This document shows positions 61,201-64,000 of a stretch of 64,000 nt of DNA, piece after piece. Numbering within the stretch: position 1 is the stretch's first letter; each line of letters starts with the position of its first letter. A program made the position numbers and the translations under genes. Location: the NCBI RefSeq assembly GCF_035084215.1, contig NC_090353.1, positions 10,230,001-10,294,000 of the forward strand, read 5' to 3'. The notes beneath the pieces were generated by a model. The model saw only the letters and a list, made by a program, of their open reading frames with translations, did not search any database and was not told where the DNA came from. This DNA comes from Heptranchias perlo (taxonomy: Eukaryota).

Positions 61201-63432
61201 CTGATAATGGTGATATTGTAAATGAAAATAAGGAAATGATCAAACAAATTAAATAATTACTTTGCATCAATATTTATAGTAGAGGAAGAGGATAGCATGC
61301 CGGACACCCCAAGGAAACTAATTTTGAATCAGGGACGGGGACTCACCATAATTAAATTAAGCAAATTAACAGTAATGAAGAAAATAATGGCACTAAAGAG
61401 TGACAAGTCCCCAGGACCAAGTGATTTCCATCCCAGGATTTTAAAGGAAGTAGGTGAGAACATTGCCGATCCCTAACTATAATCTTCCAAAGTTCTCTCA
61501 ATTCAGGAACTGTTCCTTTAGATTGGAAAACTGTACATGTCACTCCGCTATTCAAGAAAGGTGAGAGAGGGAAACCAGGGAATTATAGACCAGTTAGCCT
61601 AACATCTGTTGTTGGGAAATTATGACCATCTATAATTAAGGATAGAGTGACTGAACACCTTAAAAATTTTCAACTGATCAGGGAGAGCCAGCATGGATTT
61701 GTAAAGGGTAGGTCATGCCTGACGAACCTGATTGAATTTTTTGAAGAGGTGACTAAAGTAGTGGACAGGGGAATGTCTATGGGTGTTGTTTATATGGACT
61801 TCCAGAAGGCATTCGATCAAGTCCCTCATAAGAGATTGTTAGCTAAAGTTGAAACTCATGTAATTGAGAGCAAATTATTGACCTGGTTAGGAAATTGGCT
61901 GAACGGCAGGAAACAGAGAGTAGGGATAATGAGCAGGTACTCAAATTGGCAGGATGTGACTAGTGGTGTCTCATGGGGATTTATGTTGGAGGTTCAATTA
62001 TTCACTGTATTTATTAACAACTTAGAAGATGGGATAGAGAGCCCAATCCAAATTTGCCGATGACACAAAGATAGGTACCATTGTAAGCAGTGTAGACGGA
62101 AGCATAAAATTACTGAGAGATATTAATAGATTAAGTGAATGGCCAACACTGTGGCAAATGGATTTCAGTGTAGGCAAGTGTGAAATCATCCACTTTGGAC
62201 CTAAAAAGGATAGATCAGAGTACTTTCCAAATGGTGAAAAGCTCTAAAAAGTGGAGGTCCAAAGAGACTTAGGGGTCCATGTACATAGATCATTAAAATG
62301 TCATGGACAGTTACAGAAAATAATCAAAAAGGCTAATGGAATGCTGGCCTTTATATCTAGAGGACTAGAATATAAGGGGGTAGACGTTATGCTGTAGCCA
62401 AACAAAGCCCCGGTTAGATCAAACCCGGAGTATTCTGTTCAGACCTGGGCACCGCACTTTAGGAAGGATATATTGGCCTTGGAGGGAGTGCAGCGTAGAT
62501 TTACTAGAATGATCCCTGAACTCCAAGGGTTAAATTATGAGGAGAGATTACACAAACTAGGGTTGTATTCCTTGGTATTTAGAAGATTAAGGGGAGATTT
62601 GATCGAAGTTTTCAAGATATTAAGGGGAATGATAGGGTAGATAGAGAGAAACTATTTCCGCTGGTTGGGGAGACTGGGACTAGGGGACATAGCCTAGAAA
62701 TTAGAGCCAGGATTTTCAGGAGTGAAGTTAGGAAACACTTCTACACGCAATGGGTGGTAGAAATTTGGAACTCTCTTCCACAAACTGCAGTTGGTGCTAG
62801 CTCAATTGTTAATTTTAAATCTGAGATTGATAGATTTTTGTTAACTGAAGGTATTAAGGGATATGGGGCTAAGGCGGGTATATGGAGTTAGGTCACAGAT
62901 CAGCCGTGATCTCATTGAATGGCAGAACATGCTCGAGGGGCTAAATGGCCTACTCCTGTTCCTATGTTCCTATGTTCCTAACTGCAGTCAGGCGATGGCC
63001 ACTGCTTTGGCCAGAAGAACAACCCCCTCATGGTACGTGCGTGGATGCAGCATCTGATCCCAGCCTCCTTTTGCCTTGGGTCAGCATTTCCACTAGTGTC
63101 GCCACAGAATAAACACCCGAACAGAGATGAATGAGCAAAGTGCTGAATAACGCAGCAAATAACATGTTTACAGCCTCTGCAGAGAGGGGCTAATATAATA
63201 TCTCACACAGAGCGGACATCACAGCCAGAGGCACAAGGGTGTTATCCTGTAGCGCAATCAAGGTGATGGGAGAGTCAGCCCACTCCTTAACTGTAATGGA
63301 TTGTTCAGTTCATTCTGCAGGGTTTTCATTCTACCTGTGGTCAATTCTGTCTCATAAGCTAATAATTTCCATATGGCACTGATGGAAGAGGCTATGTGAG
63401 GAGACAGGACAGAACTGCTAGCTGCCCTGTTA
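58228..63432. repeat. Inverted duplication of ~680-bp unique sequence (58228-58903 vs 59626-59920 + 62980-63432)
   Basis: Arms align as reverse complements at high identity; right arm split by CR1. Confidence 0.9.
59921..62979 (+). mobile_element. Long decayed CR1 LINE inserted in the right arm of the inverted duplication
   Basis: Endonuclease/RT motifs, (tatgttcc)n tail. Confidence 0.92.
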
Positions 63433-64000
63433 GAATTCTAATCATTTATATGATTAAATATCACCCGCTTTTCATTGATTCTCTCCAATTGAATCAGCAG
63501 CACTTTGAGTATTTCTGAGACTTGACCTTGAAGCTCAGTGCTGTGTCTTTTAAAATTATTTTCATGGCGATGGCATGAACAGCTGGGTTGTTGGTCAACC
63601 AGCCCATTGAAGAGCATGAAAAGCAAGTTGCCCAACCGGTCAGGGGGGCGTGCTTTGAAATGACATGTGCACACTCAGTGCAGGTTTGAAAGAGGACTCA
63701 GCTAACCTGCCTCTACCTGCCCACATTCCCAATCCTCATTAAAGTTTTAATTACCGAACTGAATGTATAGTATGGGTTGGGTCCCCTGTCTGTACACAGC
63801 CGGCGGGGTGATCCGTACCCCTGGGGTCTTCCTACCTTTCTCCGCCACATTCCCGGGCCAAGACAGCCTACTCCTCTTTGCCAGATTTTCCATACTTTCC
63901 TCCCCGCTGTTACTCCGATGTAATTATGTGCACCTCCACTGGGTCCATCTTTTGTTTCGTTACTTGTCCCATAACATTGAGTTACATCGAGTCTACAGCA

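Noticed and set aside
47500-64000. CARD6 or another head-to-head neighbour of RPL37; third Ig cluster next to the inverted element
   Set aside because: No recognisable CARD, V, J, C, octamer or RSS found by eye in this interval

Overview
Vertebrate genomic DNA, almost certainly a cartilaginous fish (shark-type cluster-organised Ig locus plus elasmobranch-type CR1/L2/SINE/Penelope repeats). The window holds three main things, all on the minus strand. (1) One complete, apparently intact, unrearranged immunoglobulin light-chain cluster of sigma type: octamer/TATA promoter, leader, V, 12-RSS, 23-RSS, J and C, spanning about 13.6-18.9 kb. (2) The promoter, leader and first V bases of a second, near-identical cluster at the left edge, 18,594 bp away in the same orientation. 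(3) A complete 4-exon ribosomal protein gene RPL37 (36100-47358, 97 aa) with a TCT/TOP-type ETS promoter. The rest is mostly decayed retroelements, an internally deleted two-gene Harbinger transposon, MITEs and minisatellites. The most interesting unexplained structure is a 157-bp island, about 99% identical upstream of both V genes, that carries a degenerate CTCF-like site. Its inverted third copy beyond RPL37 has a consensus CTCF site and an 11x amplified 50-mer, suggesting a possible cluster-insulation architecture. Other highlights are a perfect 94-bp-arm Penelope palindrome carrying minimal hammerhead-ribozyme motifs on both strands in RPL37 intron 1, a J-RSS with a degenerate nonamer, a perfect NF-kB palindrome beside the J donor, and DNA-repair scars (templated insertion, micro-inversion) in an intronic CR1. 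Repeat boundaries are approximate (read by eye); exon and RSS coordinates were counted base by base.
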